Source: Octopus sinensis (taxonomy: Eukaryota). From it: a stretch of DNA of 64,000 bases. Under the pieces are notes generated by a model. The model was not told the DNA's origin. It saw only the letters and a program-made list of their open reading frames with translations, and searched no databases. Below are positions 1 to 12,776 of this stretch, in pieces (within the stretch, counting starts at the first letter, position 1; every line of letters starts with the position of its first letter). The translations under genes were made by a program, and so were the position numbers. The stretch covers positions 12,152,001 through 12,216,000 of the forward strand of contig NC_043017.1 in the NCBI RefSeq assembly GCF_006345805.1. Reading direction: 5' to 3'.

Positions 1-8
1 CACCGGCA

Positions 9-53
<45 letters not shown>

Positions 54-1299
54 TAGGAAGGGCATCCAGGTGTAGAAACTCTGCCAGATCAGATTGGAGT
101 CTGGTGCAGCCATCTGGTTCGCCAGACCTCAGTCAAATCGTCCAACCCATGCTAGCATAGAAAACGAACGTTAAACGATGATGATGATGATGATATATAT
201 ATATATATGCAGTTATTTATATGACTGATTTCTTACAGTGTTCGTCTACCCTATCCACTGATATTGGTCGACCGAGGCTAGCATGGGTTGGACGATTTGA
301 CTGAGGTCTGGCGAACCAGATGGCTGCACCAGACTCCAATCTGATCTGGCAGAGTTTCTACACCTGGATGCCCTTCCTAATGCCATATATGGAGCACTTC
401 CTCATTGAGAATTGGAAAAGATTTTCCTAACCTTTGCTAGCGCAGCCACCACCACCACCACCACCACTACCACCACTACCGCTTCTGTTGCTTAATGTCT
501 CTGCTGCACCCTCCTCTATAGACAAATAGTTTGTCAGCAATTCATATTCTGTTCTTGAGTTAATGATAAAGGATTAGCACTTGGACAAGATTAACTATGA
601 AATGATCAGTAGGGATTAAAACAAAGGAATGTGTTTTTGTAAATACTTTCAAGAGATTAACTCTTAATCCAACATATCGGCAAGCAGCAAAAACCTGATC
701 AGCCCTCCCCATCCCCAAGCACCACTGGCTTCATTCCCATTACCCACTTCCCCACTACCTGTCAATCTCATCTACTACCTTTAATAATTACGAAACAGTG
801 AAAATTTTATATATATATATATATATATATACTCTTTTTTTTTACTCTTTTACTTGTTTTAGTCATTTGACTGCGGCCATGCTGGAGCACCGCCTTTAGT
901 CGAGCAAATCGACCCCAGGACTTATTCTTTGTAAGCCCAGTACTTATTCTATCGGTCTCTTTTGCCGAACCGCTAGGTGACAGAGACGTAAACACACCAG
1001 CATCGGTTGTCAAGCAATGCTAGGGGGACAAACATAGTCACACAAACATATACACACACACTTATATATATATATACATATATACGACAGGCTTCTTTCA
1101 GTTTACGTCTACCAAATCCACTCACAAGGCATTGGTCGGCCCGGGGCTATAGCAGAAGACACTTGCCCAAGATGCCACGCAGTGGGACTGAACCTGGAAC
1201 CATGTGGTTGGTTAGCAAGCTACTTACCACACAGCCACTCTTGCATATATATATATACTGACTCTTTTGCTCATTTCTGCTATATGGCTGTGATCATGC

Positions 1300-1620
1300 G
1301 AAAGCACCACCGTGGTCTTTCTGATTTCTTCAGTCCAGAGTGTTTCACACCACCACTCCTGTATGTGCCTTTGTTCCAGCTGTTGGCCCATTGGGTGCAT
1401 AAGGGAGTTTGGTCCCGCTGCCCACATCTGCACTTCATGTCGGGCTGTTGGTTCATCCGATATTGTAGAGAGGAGGTTGTCTAGTTCCTTTTGAAGACAT
1501 CTACTTCCACCTTATGCAGATATTAAAATTTTTGTGGCAAGGCATTGAAGAGCTGTGGGCCTTTGATCCCTACACTACTGCAGTACCTGGTCCTGAATTT
1601 AGATAGAATGGACAGAACCT
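1300..1620 (-). mobile_element. Degenerate LINE (CR1/Jockey-like) ORF2 C-terminal fragment
   Basis: Minus strand gives VDVFKR.LDNLLSTISDEP...AAGPNSL across a frameshift, a common LINE ORF2 ending. Confidence 0.5.
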
Positions 1621-2571
1621 TTGGTAAAATACAATGGCAGGCAGTTCTTATATTCAAGTTAAAAATCTAGTTCGTTCATCCCAGCCAGGTATGAATAACC
1701 AAAATAATTCAGATGTGAATAAATTTGATTTAAGTAAATTCATATTTATCAATTGTAATCAAAGATAAAATATATATAGGATTTAATCAAGTAGCTAGAT
1801 TATAAACTTGTATATGCACTGTGGATACTTTGTGTTCATATGGTGTGTATAAGTGCTTATAATTATGTACTTTTAGTCATCATACTGCAGATGGTAAAGT
1901 GGTATTACATCACTAAATCAGAAATTGATCTATAGCTAAACTACAGATGATCGTATCGTGGTCGGAAAGGATGTGGTTACTAAACATTAAGTCCAATGTG
2001 TTTTGTTGAATCTCGTCGGCATAAGCACAAGTTGAAACAGGAAAAATTCATTCATGAATTCTGAAAATGATTCCACTGCTGCTCTCTGTGGGGCTGAAAT
2101 GTATATACTGGTCTTCAAGGTATCATCATCATCATTGTTCGACCGTGGTCGAGACAATGGAATTTACTATGCTATGCCAGACTTCACAGTCCATCATAGC
2201 ATTACGGAGGTCCTGGTGCTGGATGCCCATATCCCTGGAGATTACATCAGGGTAGGAGAGTGTGCGCCCTCTGGTATCACGAGTAGATGGCTTCCAGAGG
2301 AGAAGAGTAGAAATTGCCTCGTTTTCAGCTCTACAACAATGTCCAGCAAACTGGACCTTCCTACCTTTCACAAGAGATGATACAGATATAGTTACCAGTC
2401 AACACAGGGGAGATGAAAGCCATCCATTATTAGAACATTACCAGATTGACACTGTTCAATGAAAGCCTTAATAAATACGAGGCATTCTTTGAAACACAGA
2501 AGTGGCACTTGGGGTGGCCAGTGGAATTCAATTATTGCTAAATCATTAATTTTGTTTCTTTATTGTTCCAG

Positions 2572-2700
2572 ATTGTATTTCCAGCCTAAAATGCTACGAA
2601 TGTGACAATGAGTTGACTAACAACTTTTGCATGAGCGATTTAAACCTGCACGAATGTGGACCAGCGTTGGACACATGCCAAACCATCGTAGCTTATTCAG
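2572..2700 (+). CDS. Ly6/uPAR three-finger (LYPD6-like) protein, internal coding exon
   Basis: Polypyrimidine tract plus CAG acceptor at 2571 and CAG|GTACGT donor at 2700/2701; phase 1-1; translates xCISSLKCYECDNELTNNFCMSDLNLHECGPALDTCQTIVAYS with the LKCYxC start typical of LU domains. Signal-peptide exon not identified, probably upstream of the window. Confidence 0.9.
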
Positions 2701-2929
2701 GTACGTCCCATGTCCCATCAGAACTGATGGCAATTACTTCTTATCTGTTTTTTGGGTACTGTTTTATTTTTCAAAATTATCGTATTTACCAATGTATAAG
2801 ACGTGGATTTTTTGAACAAGTTGTATTTCTGAAGTTTGCAGATTTTTCAGGAGAGACATTTATAAATTTCAAGAAGTATAAAACTCTAATCTCCTTTAAA
2901 GTAAAATCTGCTGTCAGTGCACTTGTAGC

Positions 2930-3780
2930 ACTCACTCCAGCCACTTCGTCGAGGCCCCATAGAAGTCTTCCGAAGTGACAGTGTCCAGAACTCTTGTTAT
3001 AGCCCCCTTCCTCTCCTGCCCTTGAGGTTCTCCTTCAGCTTAGAAAACAGCCAAAATTCACAGAGAGGAAAATCTGAACTGTTAGGAAGATGAGGGACAG
3101 TTTTGCCTCACCTCTCCGTCAAGTTGTTGGTTACTAGGATCCTCATCAATGAACACCCTAGGAACAAACTTTGCATAAATTTTGTGCATACAGATCTTTA
3201 TGAATTATTTTACATCACAGAAACTCCAAACTGTATGCTTATTGTCTATATAGACACACGATAGTCTTCATCCAGATAACTGCTAATTTTCTCAACCAGT
3301 CCGTATAGTATGTATAAGTGCTTATAATTATGTACTTTTAGTCATCATACTGCAGATGGTAAAGTGGTATTACATCACTAAATCAGAAATTGATCTATGG
3401 CTAAACTACAGATGATCGTATCGTGGTCAGAAAGGATGTGGTTACTAAACATTAAGTCCAATGTGTTTTGTTGAATCTCGTCGGCATAAGCACAAGTTGA
3501 AACAGGAAAAATTAATTCATGAATTCTGAAAATGATTTCACTGCTGCTCTCTGTGGGGCTGAAATGTATATACTGGTCTTCAAGGTATCATCATCATCAT
3601 TGTTCGACCGTGGTCGAGACAATGGAATTTACTATGCTATGCCAGACTTCACAGTCCATCATAGCATTACTAATTTTCTCAACCAGTCCGATGTTCTGGC
3701 GTCCTTCTCCTTCCCACACCTCTCATCATATCTCACTTCCTTTCTACTGTCCTTGAATCGCTTGTGCCAACGAAAAAGTC
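2930..3780 (-). mobile_element. Mariner transposase remnant, interrupted by a 360-bp local copy
   Basis: Minus strand gives RWHKRFKDSRKEVRYDERCG (HTH), MHKICAKFVPR-like linker and PHLPNSSDFPLCEFWLFSKLKENLKGRR (YSPDLAPxD region). Confidence 0.75.
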
Positions 3781-4732
3781 AGGAGTATTTGATAAGCTTC
3801 TGTACAGTTTTCACCTAATTTATTACATGACAAGCTTCCAAATACTGGTACTTACCCTATACGTGTCTTTTTTGCCAAATCACTAAGTTATGAGGACATA
3901 AACAAAACGTCGGTTGTCAAGCAGTGGGGTGGGGGGCAGACAAAGACTCACACTTTCTCTCTCTTACACACATATACAATGGGCTTCTTTCGGTTTCCTC
4001 CTACCAAATTTGCTCAGTCTTTGGTCGACATAGGGCTTAAGTAAAAGTAGTGTCCAAGCTGCCATGCCACACAATGTAACTGAACCTGAAACCCTATGGT
4101 TGGGAAGTAAACTCTTTACCACACAGCTATGCCTTTGTTTTCTTTTTCTTTTTACTTGTTTCAGTCATTTGACTGCGGCCATGCTGGAGCACCGCCTTTA
4201 GTCGAGCAAATCGACCCCGGGACTTATTCTTTGTAAGCCCAGTACTTATTCTATCGGTCTCTTTTTGCTGAACCGCTAAGTGACGGGGACGTAAACACAC
4301 CAGCATCGGTTGTCAAGCAATGCTAGAGGGACAAACACAGACACACACATTAACATATATATACATATATACGACAGGCTTCTTTCAGTTTCCGTCTACC
4401 AAATCCACTCACAAGGCATTGGTCGGCCCGGGGGGCTATAGCAGAAGACACTTGCCCAAGATGCCACGCAGTGGGACTAAACCTGGAACCATGTGGCTGG
4501 TTAGCAAGCTACTTACCACACAGCCACTCCTGCCTGTATAAATTTAGTATTTGTTTTGCTTCGAGCATGGTGGTCGAGGCGATCAACCGTAGTTTGGAGA
4601 AATAAGTAATCCGGAAAGTCACTGGAGCCCAAGGGTCTTGAAAAGTGGATGTTGTATCTGTATTAAATTTTTCTTGTACTTTCATTGTATTTCTTTGTCT
4701 TTTTACTCTTTTTTTTTTATTTATTTTTGCAG

Positions 4733-4968
4733 ACGTCAGTGAGAAGCTGTCCATCATAAAAACATGTTCTGTGAATGCTTCTTGTCACATCCAAAAACAG
4801 GAGAATAAGGACATTCCCTGTGATAAAAACCAAAACAAATGGATTTGCACCAGTTGCTGTCATGAAGATGGCTGTAATATCAGCGGGCAGCAGTTTGTAC
4901 AGTCATCGTTTTCTGTCCTACAGCTTCTTATTGTGTCTTTATTCGCTACCGTTGTCGTTGTTGGATGA
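4733..4968 (+). CDS. Ly6/uPAR (LYPD6-like) protein, last coding exon with CCxxxxCN and GPI-type hydrophobic tail
   Basis: T-rich tract plus GCAG acceptor; joins the previous exon in phase (G|AC = Asp): DVSEKLSIIKTCSVNASCHIQKQENKDIPCDKNQNKWICTSCCHEDGCNISGQQFVQSSFSVLQLLIVSLFATVVVVG*. Confidence 0.9.
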
Positions 4969-6381
4969 AGTGAAGTGAATGTAGCCGTAGAGTATTGCGT
5001 TACTTGTTGCCGGTTGAGATGGTATGAAACACACACACACACACACACACATACACATACACACACACACACATACACACATGTATATATGTATTCGGAT
5101 GTAAAGAAAATGAAAAACATAGCAAAAATATCAAATAAATGTTCTGTAACCCTCAAGCTTACTTGTTTTTATATTCTTTTATCTTCTGCCTTTTATTTGT
5201 TTTAGGTATTGGACAGCAACCATGCTGGGGCACCACTTTGAGGGATTTTAGTCGAAAAATTGATCTTATTTTTTATTTTTATTTTTTTCTAATTTTGGTA
5301 CTTTTTCTATAGGTCTTTTTGCCAAACGGCAAAGTTAAATGGATGTAAACAAACCAACACCGGGTTTCCAATCGGTAGTGTGGGATAAACATAAGGCAAA
5401 CACACACACACACTCTCCCTCTCTCTCTCTCTCTCTTTCTCTCCCCTCTCTCACACACACATACACATGTGTGTGGAGGCACACGGCCTAGTGATTAGAG
5501 CAGCGGACTCGTGGTCGAGGGATCGCGGGTTCGAATCTCAGACCGGACGACGTGTGTGTTTATGAGCGAAAACACCTAAGCTCCACGCGGCTCCGGCAGA
5601 AGGTAATGGCAAACTTCTGCTGACTCTTTCACCACAACTTTCTCTCACTCTTTCCTTCTGCATCTTGCAGCTCACCTGTGACGGACCGGTGTCCCGTCCA
5701 GGTGGGAAACCTATACGCCAAGCAAACCGGGAAACCGGCCCTTATGAGCCAGGCATGGCTCGAGAAGGAACAAACATACACATGTGGCGAACTATTTTGA
5801 CCTTCTGAAAATGAAACTCACTCAGAAGACTTTAATCAACTCGAGGTAGATGGCACTTTTCAATGGTACCACACAGTTAGACTGAACTCTAGACCACATG
5901 GTTGTTGAGCATACAACCAAGCTTAATCTTGATCCAAGAGGTCTCAGATTGAAGGCATTTTTAACTTTGGTCTTCTTGTTTTTCTGGAGGCTATGTGTTT
6001 CTTAACAGAGTTTATACACGGAATCACGTGTAACTCAACAAATGGAAAAGATCTGAAATGGAAAACAGATTTCAGTTTGAAATGAAAATATGAGAAACAA
6101 TTCAAATTGAAACCATATCATTTGATTGAAAGATAAAAGGTGGTACCACTACTTTGAATTCAATACATAACATGTAGATAAGAGCTTGAAATATTCGGCA
6201 TCATAACAAATGAATGAACCAGTTCTTGATAAAACCAATGACAATCTAATTCAAAAAGGCTGTAAATAAAACACAAAAATGTAGAATACGTTTTTACATG
6301 CATATTTTACAGTCAAGTGTTTGGTTACATCATTGAACAACAGCCAAGATATACATTAATTACAATATATTGTCTTCTCAG

Positions 6382-6720
6382 TGAAGGTGCATGGCTCAGT
6401 GGTTAGAGCGTCGAGCTTACGATCGTGAGGTTGTGAGCTCGAATCCCGGACCGGGCTACGTGTTGTGTTCTTGAGCAAGGCACTTTATTTCATGTTGCTC
6501 CAGTTCACTCAGCTGTAGAAATGAGTTGCGACGTCACTGGTGCCAAGCTGTATCGACCTTTGTCTTTCCCTTCAATAACATCGGTGACGTGGAGAGGGGA
6601 GGCTGGTATGCATGGGCGACTGCTGGTCTTCCATAAACAACCTCGCCCGGACTTGTGTCTAGGAGGTTAACTTTCTAGGTGCAATCCCATGGTCTGTGTC
6701 ATGACCGAAGGGGGTCTCCG
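6382..6720 (+). mobile_element. tRNA-derived CORE-type SINE family C (representative copy)
   Basis: TGGCTCAGTGGTTAGAGCG head, then GTTGTGTTCTTGAGCAAGGCACTTTATTTCA...CACTCAGCTG core; copies 33820-34140(+) and 37650-37995(+). Confidence 0.8.
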
Positions 6721-6729
6721 ATTGTCTTC

Positions 6730-6955
6730 TCAAGCATGACATGTCACCAAAGGTGTCGGTCATTAGTCATTGCCTCTATGAGTTTCAACAGTCAAAGATC
6801 ATGATTTACCACCTTGTCCCATGCCTTCTCAAGTCTACTTCTTCCACAGCTTCCCTCAACTGTTAGAGATCAGCACTTCTTCAGACAACTGTCCTTATCT
6901 ACATGCATCACATGACCATACCAGCTCAGTCGTCTCTCTTGCAGACTATACCTGA
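6730..6955 (-). mobile_element. RTE-type LINE ORF C-terminal fragment
   Basis: LQERRLSWYGHVMHVDKDSCLKKC (RLxWYGHV motif). Confidence 0.7.
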
Positions 6956-6961
6956 TGTATA

Positions 6962-7015
<54 letters not shown>

Positions 7016-7155
7016 GTATTGATGGTACAAAGTATAAAATCGACCCAGGCGGAATTTGAACTAGGTACATACACTTTGACAAAGTAGTGCTAAGAATTTT
7101 TTGCTAGGCGTTCCAACAATTCTGCCAACTCATATATATTTATTTAAACACACGT

Positions 7156-7191
<36 letters not shown>

Positions 7192-7379
7192 TTATACATC
7201 ATGTCAAGTTTTGTTCCTTTCGTGAAGTAGTAGACGTTTTGTTACATTTCACGTCCCTTGGTAATAAATATCGAATCAGGGCTCCATTCCCTACTAAAAT
7301 GGGAGAAATGTAACCAAGGAAGGCAACGTATTTCTACTGTTAACCACGGGACACAGAAGGCCACACATCAGCAATATTC

Positions 7380-7900
7380 AACAGCCTATGGCTTCTGGTC
7401 GACCTCCCTAACGAATCCTCTACCCAACTAATAATTCTTGACTACCATGAATATAATGAACCCTGCGATTCCTGGATAAAATGCTCTTCTAACACCCATC
7501 CCTTCGTCACTGCCTTCATTCATGCCGACGCCGGCATCGGGTTTCGCCACTTCCCTTTCGCGACCGACCCAAGCTATCCTTTACAACGCTATGGCAGACA
7601 CTGGATGCCAGTCGTACCTCTCTGGGAAAAGTCTCCTAGCGAAACAGGGCCTGGACCAGCGTGAACGTAAAGAGGTCAATATGAAAATGAGTTCCGCTCA
7701 AGCAGCTCCACAGATATCATGGGTGCCCTGAACCTACATGCATATCTGGTACTGAGTCCATCATCTGCAAAGTGCACGACTCGTCAATTTGCGTGCATCA
7801 CTCCTTCAACTGACAAACTTTTCCTCTCCAATCAAGCGTGTGCCACCCTCGTTTTATTCATCGCCAATTCTCCAGAATTGGAGAAAAGTGTGGGAATGTA
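7380..7900 (+). mobile_element. Ty3/Gypsy LTR retrotransposon aspartic protease fragment
   Basis: AMADTGCQSYLSG (DTG catalytic motif) in a frameshifted reading. Confidence 0.6.
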
Positions 7901-7939
7901 GGCATCACGATGGAAACATCTCGAAACGATGTTATCTGA

Positions 7940-8245
7940 TTCATATTTACAAAGTAAGAAAACAGCACAGCTCCCATGACTTCAGGAAACATTTTTTCAC
8001 GCTGAGAGTTGCTGAAGCATGGAACAAACTGCCGGCATCGGTTGTTAGTAGTCGGAGCACTGCATCCTTCAAAACTTCCATGCTTCCTGAGATTCGCCAA
8101 CACTACACTTGATTTTCTCCCCTCCATACACACACAAGCATGTTCACTTTCCAGACATTTCTACATTACTGCATGTACTTTATATGCACTTTCTGACAAG
8201 TTGTGGTGCACCTGAGCACTGTATACAATAATTTCATTATATTAT
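7940..8245 (+). mobile_element. CR1-group LINE 3' end
   Basis: YKVRKQHSSHDFRKHFFTLRVAEAWNKLPASVV...SFK C-terminal motif, 3' UTR GTGCACCTGAGCACTGTATACAAT and (ATT)n tail; related pieces near 18900-19100 and at 19505-19600 (-). Confidence 0.8.
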
Positions 8246-9458
8246 ATATATATTGATATCGATTGGAAAAAGGGAAAACAGCCCATACTATTGCGTTGTA
8301 TTGTCTAGAAGGGAAACGATTCAATGTATCCATGAGAAAAGGGCAGATTCTTAACCCATTTAATTGGGTATAAAGATGTTTATAATTATGTCCATCGTTT
8401 TCAAAGGAAGGATTATATTTAAACACTTGCCATGGCAAGAGTTGTGTTTCTTGTTTGCAAGGGAGGTAATTTGAAAAGAAGTCTTGGTATTTTCACAAAT
8501 CTTCGTTGTTACAGTTACTTCCCTTACAAAGGTATTTATATTTTTTGAATTTTTAAGTGAGATTTTTGCCTTTAAATATCTTAAATGTGGCAGGCACAAT
8601 GTATGGACCCAAGTGTATAGAGGCGAAGTCGAATCAGACGGAATTTGAACTCGGAACATAAAGTCTGACAAGATATAAAATTGTCTCATGTATTTTTCTT
8701 TAATACACGCACAGACATGTGTATGTGGATATATCTATATATCTGCATGTGTGTGTGTATGTAGTGTAGTGTTTCCGTGAAGGTGTGTGTATGCGTGTAC
8801 GTGTGCGTGTTGGGCGTTTGTACGTGTGTGCGTGTGTATCTATGTATGTATGCCTGTGCCTTAGCGTGAGGTTTAGGGTTAGGGCTATAGGGTTAGTTGT
8901 TTCTTTCTCGTACACGATGACTTCGACATAGGGTTACCTTGCTCGTTTTATATCTGCTACTTCTTTCAGTTTCCGTCTACCAAATCCACTCACAAGGCTT
9001 TGGTCGGTCCGAGGCTATAGTAGAAGACACTTGCCCAAGGTTCCACGCAGTGGGACTTAACCTGGAAGCATGTGGTTGATAAGCAAGCTACTTATCACAT
9101 ACCTGCTTACCAATCACATGGTTCCGGGTTCAGTCCCACTGCGTGGCACTTTGGTCGAGTTTCTTCTACTATAGCCTCGGGCCTACCAAAGCCTTGTGAG
9201 TGGATTTGGTAGACGGAAACTGAAAGAAGCCTGTCGTATATGTGTGTATGTTTGTGTGTCTATGTTTGTCCCCACAACATCACTTGACAACCGATGCTGG
9301 TGTGTTTACGTCCCCGTAACTTAGCAGTTCGGTAAAAGGTACCGATAGAATAAGTACTAGGCTTACAAAGAATAAGTACTGGGGTCGATTTGCTCGACTA
9401 AAGGTGGTGCTCCAGCATGGCCACAGTCAAATGACTGAACCAAGTAAAAGAGTACAAG

Positions 9459-9710
9459 ATCTATTTATGACAACCTCCACCTCACGCAATACATTATTGA
9501 GAGGGTTGGTAAAGAACCTGGCGAAGGTGGGACCCTGATCAATTTGGATCAGTCGAAAGCCTTTGATAGAGTCAACCACCAGTACTTGGAGGTTGTCCTA
9601 TGGCAGCTGGCTTGGTCCCGTTTTCAGAGGCTGGATCACTGCAATGTACAGCAACATCTGTTCAGTAGTCAAAGTAAATGGCCACCTGTTGGAATTGTTT
9701 AGCATCACCC
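9459..9710 (+). mobile_element. L1/Tx1 reverse transcriptase fragment
   Basis: IYDNLHLTQYII...LINLDQSKAFDRVNHQYL...GPVFRGWITAMYSNICSVVKVNG, with a frameshift; RT domain 3 motif LDxxKAFDRV. Confidence 0.8.
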
Positions 9711-9741
<31 letters not shown>

Positions 9742-10422
9742 TGTATGTATGTATGTATGTATGTGTGTATGTGTGTATGTACTCTTTTACTTGTTTCAGT
9801 CATTTGACTGCGGCCATGCTGGAGCACCGCCTTTAGTCGTGCAAATCAACCCCGGGACTTATTCTTTGTAAGCCCAGTACTTATTCTATCAGTCTCTTTT
9901 GCCGAACCGCTAAGTGACGGGGACATAAACACACCAGCATCGGTTGTCAAGCAATGCTAGGGGGACAAACACAGACACACAAACACACACACACATATAT
10001 ATATATACATATATACGACAGGCTTCTTTCAGTCATTTGACTGCGGCCATGCTGGAGCACCGCCTTTAGTCGTGCAAATCAACCCCGGGACTTATTCTTT
10101 GTAAGCCCAGTACTTATTCTATCAGTCTCTTTTGCCGAACCGCTAAGTGACGGGGACATAAACACACCAGCATCGGTTGTCAAGCAATGCTAGGGGGACA
10201 AACACAGACACACAAACATACATGCACATACATATATATACGTATATACGACGGGCTTCTTTCAGTTTCCGTCTACCAAATCCACTCACAAGGCTTTGGT
10301 CGGCCCGAGGCTATAGTAGAAGATACTTGCCCAAGGTGCCACGCATTGGGACTGAACCCGGAACCATGTGGTTGGTAAGCAAGCTACTTACCACACAGCC
10401 ACTCCTGTGCCTATGTATGTAT

Positions 10423-10453
<31 letters not shown>

Positions 10454-10736
10454 TGTGCATACATATAAACAAAGATGGATAATGTGTGTACGTATATGAA
10501 TTATAGATATAATGCATGTATGGTTGTTCAAATATGTGTGTGTATTATGTATGTAATATATGTATTAATGTATGAATGGACAGATGCATGCATATATTTA
10601 CAGTATGTACATAAATGTATATGTATGTGTTTGAATATATATATCTATATAATAAAAATGAACGTCTGTGTATGCATGTATATAACATGTATGAATGTAT
10701 ATTGAACATCATATATATGTATGTATGATCGTACAT

Positions 10737-11152
10737 AGGCGCAGGAGTGGCTGTGTGGTAAGTAGCTTGCTAACCAACCACATGGTTCCGGGTTCAGTCC
10801 CACTGCGTGGCATCTTGGGCAAGTGTCTTCTGCTATAGCCCCAGGCCGACCAATGCCTTGTGAGTGGATTTGGTAGACGGAAACTGAGAGAAGCCTGTCG
10901 TATATATGTATATATGTGTGTGTGTGTGTGTGTGTGTATGTGTTTGTGTGTCTGTGTTTGTCTCCCTAGCATTGCTTGACAACTGATGCTGGTGTGTTTA
11001 TGTCCCCGTTACTTAGCGGTTCAGCAAAAGAGACCAATAGAATAAGTACTAGGCTTACAAAGAATAAGTCCCGGGGTCGATTTGCTCGACTAAAGGCGGT
11101 GCTCCAGCATGGCCGCAGTCAAACGACTGAAACAAGTAAATGAGTAAAAGAG
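10737..11152 (+). mobile_element. tRNA-derived SINE family A, about 410 bp (representative copy)
   Basis: Head GGCGCAGGAGTGGCTGTGTGG (A box) and GGTTCAGTCC (B box), CORE-like CTTGGGCAAGTG, central (TA)/(TG) tract, tail GGCGGTGCTCCAGCATGGCC...CTGAAACAAGTAAA. More than 20 copies, e.g. 842-1243(-), 4150-4535(-), 9104-9452(+), 9781-10412(-), 12980-13390(-), 16764-17300(+), 17598-17995(+), 25830-26310(+), 30885-31295(-), 34760-35170(-), 44277-44663(+), 50575-50960(-), 51345-51735(-), 53029-53450(+), 59050-59435(-), 62312-62703(-). Confidence 0.9.
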
Positions 11153-11221
11153 TACATATTCTTTTATTCTCTTACTTGTTTCAGTCATTTGACTGCAGCC
11201 AGGCTGGAAGCAAGGAATATA

Positions 11222-11450
11222 TGTTTTATATTTTACAGACAAGAAAGTAAATTTCAGACACAGTATTGCTGCAAAAACAGTAGAAGGTTGGGATATTTTA
11301 CCTTTATAAGACAGGAAAAAAGTTGCCAGCAGGTAGCTATGGTAACTTTTTGCCTGCTGGCAACTTATAATGGTAAAACACCCAACTTTTTTGCTGTTTT
11401 CACAGCTATACTGCAATCGAAATTTACTTTTTGTTTGTAAAATTTAACAC
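11222..11450. mobile_element. Degenerate foldback MITE
   Basis: About 90-bp imperfect inverted arms (ATTTTACAGACAAGAAAGTAAATTTC / GAAATTTACTTTTTGTTTGTAAAAT) around an inner GTTGCCAGCAGG/CCTGCTGGCAAC stem. Confidence 0.6.
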
Positions 11451-12776
11451 AGTTTTTTTCCTAATTACACAATAAACCCACTCAGATAGGAAATTATTAA
11501 TGAGAGGAGAATTATTTGGAGCAATAAATCTGAAGTACATTGTCTGAAAATAAAACACAGATAGTTGTGCTGTGGATCTGGGACTAAACACTTAATAATA
11601 AAAATCACTGCTTAAAATAGATTTATATACATTTATATTAAGATAATTCTTATTTATATAAAATACCTTGTGTTAGGTTTTAGACAAAAGCAAAATATTA
11701 TATATTTGCATCTAAGTCTAAGGTTGTTTGTTCCTTCTCGAGCCACGCCTGGTTTATTAGGGCCGGTTTCCTTGGCGTATAGGTTCCCCACTTGGATGGA
11801 ACGCCAGTCTGTCGCAGGTGAGCTGCAAGATGCAGGAGGAAAGAGTAAGAGAAAGTTGTGGCAAAAGAGTCAGCAGAAGTTCACCGTTATCTTCTGCCGG
11901 ATCCGCATGGAACTTAGGTGTTTTCACTCATAAACACACACATCGCCCAGTCTGAGATTCGAACCTGTGATTCCTTGTCCGTGAGTCCACTGCTCTAACC
12001 ACTAGGCCATGTGCCTCCACTAAGTCTGAAGTAATATCCAAAAAGTAAAAATGCTAAGATTAATATGAGCTGTAATTCATAAAACCATTTCACTAAATAA
12101 TTACATGTAATGTTTTTCTAAATCTATGTAATCCTTGAGCATTTATTTTACACAAGTCTATAAGTCTGCCATCTCTACACAGAGCACCATGCAAGGTAGG
12201 AATTCATTTATGTAAGAGATCTAAAATGTAAGTTCTAAGAATTTCCCATCATCCAATTCCATTGCATATTCCCATGGGGACATTAAACAATTCACTTTAT
12301 TGTTTGGTTGTAGACAAATTTTGTTGGGTAAAAGGGCCCACAATAAATTATATATATATATAAATCTTTTATCCTTTACTAGTTTCAGTCATTGGACTGC
12401 AGCCATGCTGGGGCACTGCCGTGAATGGTTTAGTAGCACAAATTGATCCCAGTATTCTTTTCTTTTTTAAGCCTATTACTTACTCTGCTGGTCTCTTTTG
12501 CCAAACTACTATGTTACAGGAATCTAGACAAACCAGTACCAGTTATCATGCTGTGGGAGGGAATAACATGCAAACATACACACACATATACAGGCTTCCA
12601 CACACTTTCCATCTACCAACTTCACTTACAAGTCTTTGCTCAGCTTGGGGTTCAAGTAGAAGACACTTGCCTGAGCTGTCATGCAGTGGAACAGAACTCA
12701 AAACCATGTGGTTGCAAAGCCAACTGGGCATATATATATCTGTGTGTGTGTATACATAGACACACATACATACACA

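Noticed and set aside
1007-1261. Recurring ORFs MSSNARGTN...RLPNPLTR...GTMWLVSKLL
   Set aside because: Antisense translations of SINE-A copies, not a gene family.
1634-1688. ATG-to-GT mini exon (MAGSSYIQVKNLVRSSQP) in phase with the Ly6 exon
   Set aside because: Phase fits but it is not hydrophobic, so it cannot be the expected signal peptide; left uncalled.
2054-2380. Duplicated ORF MNSENDS... (also 3519-3818)
   Set aside because: Arises from the 360-bp intronic duplication; no domain; the AAG|GT donor is not phase-compatible with the Ly6 exon in an open frame.
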